A DNA stretch of 64,000 bases from the human T2T-CHM13v2.0 reference genome, Homo sapiens. Below, in pieces: positions 1 through 16,553 of the stretch. The notes below the pieces were generated by a model. That model did no database searches. It worked only from the letters and a program-made list of their open reading frames with translations, and had not been told where the DNA came from. The number at the start of each line of letters is the position of its first letter. Position 1 is the stretch's first letter. Where the stretch lies: NCBI RefSeq assembly GCF_009914755.1, contig NC_060927.1; one strand, written 5' to 3'. The position numbers and the translations under genes are program-made.

Positions 1-1985
<1,985 letters not shown>

Positions 1986-2363
1986 CCCCCAAAACAATGA
2001 ATTTAAACCCACTCAGCAACATATAAATTAACATAATCATAAGTCCTTTCAATATTCTTTTTTTCACCTACAGTTCCATGCATCTTTCAGTATTCTTGTA
2101 TCTGTCTATTCAAAACCTGGATCTACAAACAGCAACCAGATAATTCACAACTGTAATACCATTAACAGTTACAAGATAATTTTTTAGTTCTAGCTACCAA
2201 AAGAAACAGACAAGAGAAAAAAAATCATGTACTAATCTTAAAAGACAAGTTTATACTGATCATTGTACTCACTTTTTAGTGCAAGTAAACCCAATTATTT
2301 GAGTAAACTGACAGGAATACAAACATATATTAACCCTGTCCCTTAAAAGCAGCAGTGACTCAC

Positions 2364-2525
2364 CAAGCTTCTCTGGCTCATCGGGCCCTGTGCCTGCAAT
2401 GCAGCTGCTCTCCAGACCGTAGGTGGGATCCACTTTCCCAGAGGCTCGTGCTGCTTCTTGTACTTTCTTGACATGAGCTTCAACCAATTCCAGTGGTACC
2501 TCCTCCCGGACCCGAGAAAACTCCT
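2364..2525 (-). CDS. SMARCC1: SMARCC1 exon (~21), 162 nt: [53 protein letters not shown](E)
   Basis: tgaaccag|AGGAG...CTTG|gtgagt; ORF 2269..2487. Confidence 0.96.
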
Positions 2526-3051
2526 CTGGTTCAAGAATAAAAATGGAACAGCAATCTAACTTTGCACAAAAATTTGCTTCAGTGTAAAACCACCACCAGG
2601 AAACCCAACACAGTATTATTGTCTTAGGTGTAGCAACCTCTTCAGGCTCTCAGTCCCTCTATACCAGAAAAATGAGAGGACTAAATGAGACAAAAAATAG
2701 TAATAATAATGAAATTCTATGGTTCTACATTTTCTCCTACACATCACAGAGCCTTGAAATAAGAGATCTTTCAACTTATGCCAGTAATAATCAAAACTGC
2801 TGTCCATATTTTAACTGCTTACTAGATTAATAAGTCAAAAAAACAAAAACAGCAAGGATTAAACATCCATAAAACCAAGAAAGAGTTCTATGATGTGACA
2901 AAGTTCTAGTTACAATTAATGTGTAACCCATGAATATTAAATGACTTCCTTTGCTAGTTACACCAAATTCTAAATTAATCACAAAATACACAATAAAAAA
3001 CCTCTGTCCCTCCAATTCCTAAAGCTCTTAATTTTAAGGTGCATTACTTAA

Positions 3052-3296
<245 letters not shown>

Positions 3297-3317
3297 TGAT
3301 TTTTGTTATTTACATTA

Positions 3318-3662
<345 letters not shown>

Positions 3663-3860
3663 CTAAGACAGAAAAAACAGATGCTTTCATGTCAGGTAAC
3701 AAGAAAGTAATGTGTAATATTAGAAGTTCTTTAGATAGCTTTTTTAAAAAAAATTAATGCAAATATTTATGCATAAATAGAAAGATTTGATGGTTTCCTT
3801 ATATTATTTTCAATCAGGCAAGTAAAATAAATAAAAGACATGCATACTGTAAAGAAAGTA

Positions 3861-4140
3861 GTCCAGGCACGGTGGCTCACGCGTATAATCTCAGCACTTT
3901 GGGAGGCAGAGGTGGGCAGATCACCTGAGGTCAGGAGTTCGAGAGCAGCCTGGCCAATAACATGGTGAAACCCCATCTCTACTAAAAATACAAAAATTAG
4001 CTGGGCATGGTGGTGCGTGCCTGTAATCCCAGCTACTCAGGAGACTGAGGCACCAGAATCGCTTGAACCTGGGAGGCAGAAGTTGCAGTGAGCCGAGATT
4101 GTGCCACTGCATTCCAGCCTAGGCGGCAAGAGTGATAGAA
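3861..4140 (+). mobile_element. AluS
   Basis: Full dimer whose tail has expanded into a purine microsatellite. Confidence 0.9.
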
Positions 4141-4330
4141 AGAAAGAAAAGAAGAAACAAAAGAAAAGAGGGAGGGAGGGAGGGAGGGAAGGAAGGGAGG
4201 GAGGGAGGGAGGAAGGAAAGGAGGGAAGGGAGGGTAGGGGAGAGGAGGGGAGAGGGGAGGGGAGGGGTGGGGAGGGGAGGGGAGGAAGGAAGGAAGGAAG
4301 GAAGGAAGGAAGGAAGGAAGGAAGGAAGGG
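4138..4330 (+). repeat. GA-rich compound microsatellite: (GGGA)n, (GGGGA)n and (GGAA)11 at 4284-4327
   Basis: Direct reading. Confidence 0.95.
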
Positions 4331-4526
4331 CTTTTTTACTAATACATACAGACATGACTGTTTATGTAGAAAATTCTAAGGAAGCTATAAAAAAAAGTAC
4401 TAAAACTGAATAGCTGAGCAAAGTCACAGGATAGAAGGGCAATAGAGAAACTGAACTATATTTCCATACATAATAGCAATGAACAATTTTAAATAGGAAG
4501 AAAAAAGTATTTAAAATAACATAAAA

Positions 4527-4642
4527 GCTGGGTGTAGTGGCACACATCTGTACTCCCAGCTACTCAGGGGGCTGAGGCGAGAGGATCTCTTGAGCCCAGG
4601 GGTTCAAGGCCAGCCTGACAAACACAGCAAGACCCTGTCTTA
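4527..4642 (+). mobile_element. FLAM/AluJ monomer whose 3' end was the target of the HIGD2A retrocopy
   Basis: gctgggtgtagtggcacac...gcaagaccctgtct. Confidence 0.8.
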
Positions 4643-5257
4643 GGTCGCGATTTTCTCCTGCTGCTGTGGCCCAGACATGGCGACTCCGGCCCTGTGATTC
4701 CAGAGGTCCCCTTTGAACCATCGAAGCCCCCAGTCATTGAGGGGCTTAGCCCCACTGTTTACAGGAATCCAGAGAGTTTCAAGGAAAAGTTCCTTCACAA
4801 GACCCACGAGAACCCGGTGGTACCCATAGGTTGCCTGGCCACGGCGGCCGCCCTCACCTACAGCCTCTATTCCTTCCACCGGGGCAACAGCCAGCGCTCT
4901 CAGCTCATGATGTGCACCTGGATCGCCGCCCAGGGTTTCACGGTCACAGCCATCTTGCTGGGTCTAGCTGTCACCGCTATGAAGTCTCAACCCTGAGCCC
5001 AGGGTCTGGCTTTGAAAGCTCCGCAGAAATGATTCCAAAACCCAGGAGCAAGCACTGGCCCTACCATGGGACTTACTCCCTCCTCTCCTTTGAGAGGCCC
5101 ATGCGTCGTTGGGGGAGGAAGTGACCCTTTGCGTAACTGTAACTGAAAGTTTTTTCAAAAATCCTAGTTTCTGTTGTTTGAATGTTACATACTTCTATTT
5201 GTGCCACATCTCCCCTCCACTCCCCTGCTTAATAAACTCTAAAAAAAAAAAAAAAAA
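4643..5257 (+). pseudogene. Processed pseudogene of HIGD2A (HIG1 hypoxia-inducible domain family 2A), antisense to SMARCC1
   Basis: Intronless IPEVPFEPSKPPVIEGLSPTVYRNPESFKEKF...AMKSQP; ATG at 4677 is frameshifted (ATG GCG ACT CCG GCC CTG TGA); AATAAA 5231-5236; poly(A) 5241-5257; TSD aagaccctgtctta at 4629-4642 and 5256-5269. Confidence 0.93.
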
Positions 5258-5746
5258 GACCCTGTCTTAAATAGCATAATGAGATACTTAGGAGGAATAA
5301 ACATAATAAAGAATGTATAAGAGCAACAGACTAGAATGAGTAAAACATGAGAGAACTCAAAGACCCAAATAAAGGAAGAGATATATTGTGTTCATTCATT
5401 AGAAGTCTCAGTATTAAGATGTCAGTTCTTTCCAAGTTGAACTACAGATTCAATACAATTCCAGTCAAACTCCAAGTAGGCTTCTTTTTAGTAGAAATTG
5501 ATAAACTGATTCTAAAATTTATAAACTACATACATTTCTAGTTTTATAATTTATTATTTTTTCAGAGAAAATCCTGAAAGAAACCAACAAAAAGAGTAAA
5601 AGGAGTCTCCGAGGGAAAAACGGATAGAACAGTAGAAAGAAAACCACAACTATGTGGTGCTAAGAATGTTGAGGAATTAATTGGATAAAAAGAATTTATT
5701 TAGTGGCATACTGAAGTTGCTACTCTCACACCATTCTCTCCAGGAC

Positions 5747-5957
5747 CATGGTTCTCAATGAAGGGTAATTTTTGCCCCCTTGAGGACACTGGCAATGTCT
5801 GCAGACATTTTTGGTTGACCCAACTGGAGAAGTGCTGCTGGTATCTAACAGCAAGGAGGGGCCATGTATGCTGTAAAACATATATGAACCCTCCACCCCA
5901 ACAACAAAAAAATCTGGCCCAAATGTCAATATTGAATGCTCCAACTGAAAAACCTTG
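5747..5957. mobile_element. MER20 (hAT-Charlie non-autonomous DNA transposon)
   Basis: tggttctcaa...ttttgcccc...ggcaatgtctgcagacatttttggttg...tgaaaaacc matches MER20 as recalled. Confidence 0.85.
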
Positions 5958-7685
5958 CATTAGAGCCTAATTTGCTGCTCTACACTGTGAGATTGAGCTT
6001 TCTATAACAATAGTTGTCTCCATGTTTACTTTTTCAGTTAATTATTTTACTTCAAAGATTTTTTTTTTCTTAATTTTTAGAGACATGTTCTCACTGTATT
6101 GCCCAGGATGGTCACGGACTTCTGAACTCAAGGAATCCTCCCGCCTCAGCCTCCCAAAGTGCTGAGATTACAGGTGTGAAACACTGCACCTGGACATCAA
6201 TTAATTCTTAACTCTGGGTTCCAACTGCTGCTCAGGCTTTCATTTCTGCTGGAATGGTAGAGGACTTCTCAAAACCCAAGCCAGCAAATGGCCTGACACA
6301 TTAAATCCCTTGAAAAACTAGGCTAATTCTGGGTTTCCTCTGGATATTCAGTAACCTCAGGTAGTTCGAGAAGGAATTACTTTTTGAAAGATCCAGATTG
6401 TAAGAAAAAAGAAAAATAAATCTCACTCGGGTCCACGGAAGTAGAAATATATCTACTGGGGCTGTATTATGTTTCTAATTATAAATAGGGATTTTCTAGA
6501 CATGCTCTATCATGCCCTTTTCCAATGAAATTTTTAATTAAAAAATATTTTTTCATGTTCCTTTCGCCAGGGAACAATAAGAAAGTTCATCAAGTTTTTT
6601 TCCAGAATAAAGGTGGAGTTGGGGAAACTTCTGAGATACAAAATCCAAGCAAGACTCAGCATCCAGAAGAGCACAGAGTTGAGAATCTGTAAATGTCTGA
6701 GCCTAGGAACTGATAATAATGCTAATAAGAGAGGCAAATTAAAGTGATGTTTTGAAAAGAGAATAATGCGGTGACACACTGGCCAGGAAGGAGGATGATT
6801 CAATGAAAGTTTTTAGTAAGTATCTTATAATGCTACAAAACAGCTTCATTCATCCTGCCATAACCCAGGTTCAGGTCTTCATCATTACTTAACCTGGATA
6901 CACTCACTCACTCTCTTTTTTTTTTTTTTGTGAGACACGGTCTTGCTATGTTGCCCAAGCTGCTGTCCAATTCCTGGCCTCAAGCAATCCTTCCATCTCA
7001 GCCTCATAGATCGATTATTATAATTACCTTTCTATAGTAATTTCATCCTTCTCCACGCTGCTAGGGTGAAATATGTTTTACATAAAACACTCTTTCTCTC
7101 CTGCCTAAAACTATTTTATTATGTGTCATTATCTTATGAAATTAAGCCAAACATGATCAGGACACTGCCTACTTCTCCCGCCCTATTCCCTACTCTTCAC
7201 GTTTCAACAATACACAGGCCCCACTGATCTATTCCTACTAGGTATTGTGCCTATGAACCATTTGTTCTGCACTGGAAACATCATGTTTTAGGACCAACAC
7301 AGCTATACCATTCCCAGAAGCCTGTTCATTATGTCTTATCTACCTGGCTTGTTTGCAAAGCAACTCCTCTGTACAGCTCTTGTGCTCTGGACATACCTCT
7401 AATCATAAAGCTGGGAATTCCGCATTCAAGCTTTGTGTTTTATCTTTCTCTGTCACTTAAGCAGACTATGAATTCCTTAAAGGTACAGATTGTGTTCTAC
7501 AGATCTCTACCTGCAGTGTCTGTCAGTGTCCAAAACACAATACCTAATAAAGTTTACTGAACTCAAACCACAGGAAACTGAACTAAACCAAGAAATAAAT
7601 CTGACTTTGCTATGGCTCTCAAATGTAAAAAGGCAGACTGTTTTCCTAATTAAAAAAAAAAAAAAAAAGGTTCTCTTAGCTAAAC

Positions 7686-7888
7686 CAAGCTTGTCCAACC
7701 TGTGGCCTGCAGCCTACATGTGGCCCAGGATGGCGCTGAATGTGGCCCATACAAATTCATAAACTTTCTTAAAACACTATGATTTTTTGGGGGGATTTTT
7801 TTTTAAGCTCATCAGCTATTGTTAGTGTTAGTGTATTTTATGTGTGGCCCAATGTGGCCCAGGGAAGCCAAAGATTGGACATCTCTGT
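7686..7888. mobile_element. MER30 (hAT DNA transposon)
   Basis: ttgtccaacctgtggcc...aatgtggcccagggaagccaaagattggaca. Confidence 0.85.
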
Positions 7889-8097
7889 CCTTAAGAAAAG
7901 TTTTTTAATAGAAGATTTACTATGCATCTTAGTGTAGTTCAAAAGTACATAGAATGATATATTTCCTGGGTTTTGCATCAAGAAAAAGTATGTAAAGTGT
8001 ATGCACACTGTGAGGAAATCTTTCATGTTGGTTACTGAATATCTTCTAATGCTATGTTTCCTATTATTTAGCTGGCATAAAAAATGAGAGAAACTCG

Positions 8098-8480
<383 letters not shown>

Positions 8481-8644
8481 TTATCTAAGGGAAAATAAAT
8501 AGCATGAGAAAGCAAAGCATACATGACAAACACTAGAGCTATCACGGGAGAATCAGTGAGCTCACAAATTCAAGTCTTGTCACTTTCAAGCCCAAGAATA
8601 ATTATAAATGAACAGGAAGAATACTGCAATCAGTTGTGGACTTA

Positions 8645-9080
<436 letters not shown>

Positions 9081-9745
9081 ATAAATAAATATGTGCATAT
9101 ATATATAGATACGCATGTACATATATATTAACTTGAAAAAAAATTCTTTAGTCACTGTGGAATAGAGTGGCTCCATTATCTCTCTTTCATTCTGGTGCCC
9201 TGATTATATCAACAGAATTTCAAACTTCCATAAAGACTGTCATGGCCTTTTATAGCTACTTATTCTTGTTGTGCTGTTTTGTTTTTTTACCTCAAACTTT
9301 AGACTTTATAGGCCTACTCATTCTAATGACATATTTTCAAGTAGAAATTCCCCACACCTTTTTACAACTGAAGTCTTATTCAAACAGGCCATCATCATCT
9401 TGATCTTACAGAGTAATTTCTTTTTAAAACGTTAATATAAAACCTTACATTATCCTTCATTTCTACCGATTAAAGATTTTTCTTTTTCAAACTGCATTCC
9501 TTCATCTATCGTATACATTCCACTTTGACTATTTCCAAAATTGAAATGTTGCCTCCAATATTTACAATAAGATAACAAGGAAATGAACATGACCAGATAT
9601 TAACCTTCAGCATTTACCCAAAAGCTGTGCTTTGATAAAAGACTTTATGAAACAAGGTCTTTTAAAAATCAAAGGGGTGTGCTCAAGAATACGATAAATA
9701 TTTGGAATGCTGCCTGTGTGGTATATTTGTTTAATAAAATAGTAT

Positions 9746-9961
9746 GCCAGCCTGAGCAACATGGTGAAACCCCATCTCTATTAAAAATACAAAAAAACTA
9801 GCCAGGCATGGTGGTGCACACCTGTAGTCCCAGCTACTCGAGAGGCTGAGCTGGGAGGATCGCCTGAGCTCGGGAAATTGAGGCTGCAGTGGACTGAGAC
9901 TGCGCTACTGCACACTAGCATGGGGGAAGGGAGAAAAACCCTGTCTTAAAAAAAAAAAAAA
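9746..9961 (+). mobile_element. 5'-truncated Alu (J-like)
   Basis: Alu consensus similarity. Confidence 0.85.
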
Positions 9962-10939
9962 GGTACGATGCTATTTTGAAAACAGCAAACCCCAATGAGT
10001 CTACCAGATTTATCGATTTATTAGAAAGAGACTATATTTGATTATAAATCCATTTAAAAATACTCATCTGACTTCATATTCTTAAGCTATTAAGTATCTC
10101 TAAATAAACTATATAAATCGAAGATGTTAGTGGTAAACACTGATGTGGAGAAGTCTTTTATTTCTCTTTGTGTTATTGCAAACAATTCCTGTTGACTGAA
10201 TTGCAAGATTAAAAGAAAAATCAAACACTTCACAGATTCCACCTGAAGGAGAGAAAATGCACTGTTGTGTAATACTGTGGTTTTCTTGGATGTCTTTAGT
10301 GTCAACAGTAGCTCAGTCATTCTTACCTCACTTTTACTACCTACTAATCTTAAATGTGAAAAAGGAGAAAAGTTCCAGCATCAATGTGCAGCAGGAAAAA
10401 GAACAACTGTTGCTCCAGTCATTGTTATACAACTTACTTTCTCTCCAGAGCCCAAAGATTCCAAAATAGCAATACAAAAGTGTGTTTATAGTCACCCACA
10501 AGTACTGAAAACACGGTTCATTTTAATTAATATTAAAATCTAGTAGATATGGCTATACAAAATAGTCCTGAAATTGAAAGTGAGTCAGTCAGTACCATAG
10601 GAAAGATAGTTAAATAAATAAGTAAAAAGTGAGTCAGCAAAGCTCTCTGCGTATCACTGATACTGAATGGGCATATGAGAATATATTAAAATAGAGGCAA
10701 AAAAACACAAAACAAGGGATTGTTTTGATTTTGATCACAACAGAGAAAGATAAGGTTGGGGGGAGAACCAGAAAACAGCAAGAAAAAGTAAAAGAGGAAT
10801 ACAAAAAAGAAATGGAAATAGTTTGATGATGCACCAATGATACTTCTACAGTAATTACAACTATTGGAACAACCTGAAAAACCATCAAAGCAGTACAGCA
10901 ACCAAAATGTCACCAAGTCCACTCTATGTGGTCTGGGAA

Positions 10940-11330
10940 CCCAGAGGGCACCAGGCTCTTTTAGGAGGACTGCGATGTCAAACAATTTCCTTGATAATAC
11001 TAAGACACTACTGCCTTTTTCATTATGTTGACATTTGCATTCATGGTGCAAAAGGAGCAGCAACATCTTAGGATAAATCCAGGCAATGACACCAATTGTC
11101 TTAGTAGTCACTTTATTTCTAATTGTCACACATTCACAACTTATTTTGTGATTAGGAATTAGCTTCACTTAAACATCCTCAATGAATCTATAAAAATTAT
11201 CAATTTAATCATCTCAATACCTAACTACATGGAGACACAGAAAAGGATTTAAGTATCAACTATCAAAGCATGATGGCTGTTCTAAAGGAAAACACATTTG
11301 TGATTGAGTTTTGAGCTCCAGTGGACACTT
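10940..11330. mobile_element. Charlie1-like hAT transposon fragment
   Basis: ataatactaagacactactgcctttttcattatgttgacatttgcattcatggtgcaaaag and tggctgttctaaaggaaaacacatttgtgatt resemble Charlie1/1a as recalled. Confidence 0.65.
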
Positions 11331-11373
11331 TTTAAAACAGAATACTATAGGTGAGTTTAAAATGCTAGTCACA

Positions 11374-11670
11374 GGCCAGGCACAGTGGTTCATGCCAGAA
11401 CTTTGGGAGGCCAAGGTGGGAGGATTGCTTGAGTCCAGGAGTTTGAGACCAGCCTGGACAACATGGTGAAAGCCCATTGCTACAAAAAATACAAAAATTA
11501 GCCAGGCATGGTGGCACACGCCCTTAGTCCCAGCTATTCAGGACTGAAGGTAAGAGGATCGCCTGAGCCTGGGAGGTAGAGGCTGCACTGAGCTACCATC
11601 AGGCCACTGCACTCCAGCCTGGGTGACACAGCGAGACCCTGCCTCTAAATAAAACAAAACAAAATAAAAT
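11374..11670 (+). mobile_element. AluJ, TSD taaaatgctagtca, ending ~50 nt from the exon 19 donor
   Basis: ggattgcttgagtccagg diagnostic; TSD. Confidence 0.88.
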
Positions 11671-11719
11671 GCTAGTCAAAGAATCTTAGCACACATCCCA
11701 TATGCATTAATCTGCTTAC

Positions 11720-11779
11720 CTCCAGGAGTAGAAGGGTCTCCTGTTCAGTCCATTCTCTTCCAGCACTAGCACCTTTACT
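11720..11779 (-). CDS. SMARCC1: SMARCC1 exon (~19), 60 nt: SKGASAGREWTEQETLLLLE; SANT start
   Basis: ttccttag|AGTAA...TGGAG|gtaagc. Confidence 0.96.
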
Positions 11780-11965
11780 CTAAGGAAACAAAATCAGAAA
11801 TTATTTGCTCATTTTTAAATGCTGAAGATGGAGCTCAGTAGAATTCCTTTCCAAGCTCAGGGGACTGTGTTACGCAAACTATCATGGTAAGTCTTTGACT
11901 AACAGGAATAAAACACTTTAAGGAGCCTAAACTTCTATAAGAAATGCTGGCTTATTTCAAAGACT

Positions 11966-12234
11966 GGCCAGGCGTGGTAGCTCCTGCCTGTAATCTCAGC
12001 CCTTGGGAGGGCAAGGTGGGTGGATCACTTGAGGTCAGGAGTTCTAGACAAGCCTGGCCAACACGGTGAAACCCCATCTCTACTAAAAATACAAAAATTA
12101 GCCGAGAGTGGTGGTTCATGCCTATAGTCCCAGCTGCTCCAGTGACTGAGGCAAGAGAACCCAGGAGGCAGAGGTTGCAGTGAGCCAAGACCGCACCATT
12201 GCACTCCAGCCTGGGCAACAGAGCGAGACTATCT

Positions 12235-12270
<36 letters not shown>
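11966..12270 (+). mobile_element. AluS with long A tail
   Basis: Alu dimer. Confidence 0.88.
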
Positions 12271-12272
<2 letters not shown>

Positions 12273-13293
12273 ACACACAAAAACCAAAACCAAAAAAGAC
12301 TTCCTGCTGTCAAACAAGGACCCATAACTATTTGGATATGTTATTTCTATTATTTTGATACTTAACAGTATCTTTGGCAAGCTAAAAAGGCATATTGTTT
12401 TACTGCATACCATAAATCAGCTGTAATATCACAAACATAGTACACATCTTGGTAATAACTTGAAGAGACTACTTCTTCCACGATTCAAGGATCAGATGTA
12501 CTACACACGTAAAACACTGACAGGTTCTTGATTCCAACTGCAATAAGCCCATATTATCTCATTTTAAAACATTTCTCAATTATGAAAGAATCTCCAAGTG
12601 AGTCCCTAAACTCAAAATCACCTTTTCCATGTGAGTCCCTTATAGTTTATGATTCATGTGACGATGTGAGTATAACAGAAGTGAGACTGGCTTGTGTAAA
12701 AACTAAAATTTAATTGATTAATTCATACTTCTTTATCTGCAGACCCTGCTGCATTCACTCATCTTCAGGGGACTTGATTTGTAGTATAGCTGATACTATC
12801 ATGCAGCTATAAACATTACTAATTCAAAATATACATTCTAACATATTTCCCTCTCTCAAAACTCTATTTTGAGAGATTACCATTTAATAAATAAACATTT
12901 CTACAATCTGTGATTTTCCTGTATATGTCAATAAAGTTTCTCAGTTTAGATAATTAAAACTCTCAGTGCATTAGTGCTACACACTGCATGAAAAAAATTA
13001 CATTCTGTATGAAGGAAGAAAGAAAAAACAAAAATAAAACAACAACAAAATTAAACCCTGATTTGCTACATCTCTGGGGCATTCAATTCATAGCATTCTG
13101 ACATACGCTGTTCACTTGCACAAAAAAAAATAATGCATCAAAAATAAGTAGTCTTTGAACTAAAGAATAAACAGTTGACCTAAGCATTGCAGAATTAAGA
13201 ATTAAACTCCTACAGTATGGCTTTGTGAGAAAGAAAAGATGCCTGTATCTATAACGCAGAATATACAGCTCAGGTCCCCAAGGATTACTTTTC

Positions 13294-13580
13294 TTTTTTT
13301 TTTTTGAGATGGAGTCTCGCTCTGTTGCCCAGGCTGGAGTGCAGTGGCACGATCTTGGCTCACCGCAAGCTCCGCCTCCCGGGTTCACACCATTCTCCTG
13401 CCTCAGCCGCTGGGACTACAGGCGCCCGCCAACACGCCCGGCTAATTTTTTTGTATTTTTAGTAGAGACAGGGTTTCACCGTGTTAGCCAGGATGGTCTC
13501 GATCTCCTGACCTCGTGATCCGCATGCCTCGGCCTCCCAAAGTACTGAGATTACAGGTGTGAGCCACCGCGTCCAGCCCC
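13294..13580 (-). mobile_element. AluY, TSD caaggattacttt
   Basis: gcaagctccgcc and ttagccaggatgg diagnostics. Confidence 0.9.
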
Positions 13581-13849
13581 GCAAGGATTACTTTAAGATA
13601 ACCAAAGGTTCTTTTAAAAAACCAAAATCAGAGGTAATCACCAATCAGATTTGGAGCCCCAAGAAGAACAAAATTCATTAACATTTAATCTAAATTCTGA
13701 AGAAACAAAACCTGAGCAAATATAAGGAAGATCTCTACAACCTAGACACAGACATTTATAGGATAGGTCCTCAACAACCATTTCTCCACTTCTCAGCCAC
13801 AAAGTGTAGAAAGAATTTTTTCTGCCCCACAGACTTAAGTCAATGTTTC

Positions 13850-14068
13850 TTCTTCTTCTTCTTCTTTTTTAGATGGAGTCTTGCTCTGTCACCCAGGCTG
13901 GAGTGCAGTGTCATGAACTCGGCTCACTGCAACCTCTTCCTCCTGGGTTCAAGCGACTCTCGAGCTTCAGCCTCCTGAGTAGCTGGAATTACAGGCAGCC
14001 GCCACCATGTCTGGCTAGTTTCAGTATTTTTTTTTTTAGTAGAGACAGGGTTTCACCATGCCCAGCCC
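13850..14068 (-). mobile_element. Alu, partial
   Basis: Right arm and linker. Confidence 0.85.
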
Positions 14069-14175
14069 GTTTCCTCTCTTGATAACAATTGGCTCTACAA
14101 TATAAGCCTCATTAGAGCCCACAAAATGACTGCTGAAGCTTTCATATGATTTTAAAATATTTTTTTCTTGTATTA

Positions 14176-14778
<603 letters not shown>

Positions 14779-14789
14779 TTCTTTTGTAT

Positions 14790-16400
14790 TTCTGGAGGTA
14801 TGATACATACACAATAAAATACACAAATTAGTATAAAACTTGACACAATTTAACTTATATGACAATGTAATAATACTCAAATCAAAACCCAAAAGGCTCC
14901 CTCCTTTAAAACTCAATTGATAGCCACTCACAAAAGTATATACTAGTCTGACTTCTGTAACCATAGGTTAGTTTTTCTTGGATCTGAATTTTGTATTAAC
15001 AAAAACAGGTGTGAGCCACTGTGCCTGGCCAGAAGATGTCTTTTATACTGACTCACATGTTGACCTTTTTTCTATCACTCTTTATTCTTCCATTAGATCC
15101 AGTCAGGTCCCAAACTGTTGTGTCAAATTATAGTTTACCCTGAATCAGGACTTTTGTCATGTTTCTAAATAATGTAAACTTTGTAACAGTTTATTCAATT
15201 TAATCTCCTTCTGCCTTTCTGCCATTCTTGTAATTTCTACACGTTATAAATCCCAAATATTATTGTTTAAACAACCTGTATTACTTTATATTTAACCACA
15301 CAGATTACCCTTTTCTCTGCTCCTTATTCCTTCATGGAGTCATGTGCTTTCATCTGGGATCATTATCCTTCATGCTGAAGACATTCCTTTACTTTTCTTA
15401 TACTGTGTGCTAGCGATAACTTCTGTACATTGTGAATGCCTACAAACGTCTTTATTTCACCTTCAATTTTGAAAGTAATGTCTACTGGATAGAGAATTCC
15501 AGATAGATAGTTTTTCTTTTCCAATTTAAAAATGTCCTTTGGCTTTGATCATTTTTGTTGAAAAGTCAGCTATCAGTTTTATTATTGTTCTTTTGAATGT
15601 AATATGTTCTTCTCTACCCTCGCCCCCACCCTCCATGTCTGCTTTTAAGATGTTAGTTTTTAAGAAATTAAGCATAATGTACCCGAGTGTGGTCTTCTCT
15701 CTATATAAATTTGGATCTGTTCTTTTTATGTGTGTGTTTTTCAGTAGAGGCAAGGCTGCTCTTGAACTCCTGGCCTCAGACAACCCTACTGCCCTGGCCT
15801 CCCAAAGTGTTGAGCTTGGCCTGGCTCTGTCTTTCTTGTTTTGTGAGTTGGTATCTTTTTATTTGTTCTGAAGTCTTTTTAGCCATTATATATTCAAGTA
15901 TCACTCCTCCTCCATTCATTCTCTTATGGGTTTCTAATGATAAACATTAATTCTTTGGACTGTATCATTCATTTTTCTTTTTCTTCTTTTAATAATAGAG
16001 ACACAGTCTTGCTATGTTGTCCAGGCTGGTCTCAAACTCTGGGGCTCCAGTGATCCTCCTGCCTTGGCCTCCCAAAGTGCTGAAATTACAGGTGTGAGCC
16101 ACCGTGTCCAGCCTGAACTCTATCTCACATATCTGTTCCACTCTCCTCTCTTTGTCCTGGCCCCTCCCTACCTCAATCCAATTTTTTCTCTTGGTACTTT
16201 AGTTTCAATATATCTACTAATTTGTCTCTGAGTTCACTAACCTGTCTTCTGCTGTATGCAGTCGTTATTAAACCTATCAAATAATTTCAAGTATACTTTT
16301 CAGTTCTAAAATATTCATGATTCTTTTTACAGATTCTAATTCTCTCTTCAAATTCTCCATTTTCCCCTCGAATTTCTCTAATAGTGTTATTTTTAAAATA
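14790..16400 (-). mobile_element. Degraded old L1 (L1M) sequence with Alu fragments
   Basis: tctttatttcaccttcaattttgaaag...ggatagagaattc and gaaaagtcagctatcagttttattattgttcttttg are typical antisense L1M motifs. Confidence 0.65.
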
Positions 16401-16553
16401 CCTATCTACTAAGTCATATAGGAATATAAAAGGTAAGATAAATCATAATTGTTTTTAAAAATACCATCAGATTTGAGTAGAAAGCTCATTAGATGTATCT
16501 TAGAAGGACTAAGATGTGCTGGATTGCAGCCCATGTGTGATTAGAAAAATTAC

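Noticed and set aside
4101-4413. ORFs rich in GREG/PSFL repeats
   Set aside because: Translations of the purine microsatellite
4694-4996. 100-aa HIGD2A-like ORF as a functional gene
   Set aside because: Native ATG is frameshifted, the ORF starts at GTG, and changes look like CpG decay; treated as a pseudogene
10686-11168. Longest ORF in the track (160 aa, minus strand)
   Set aside because: Non-ATG start, low-complexity F/L-rich tail, overlaps a Charlie relic, no recognisable domain
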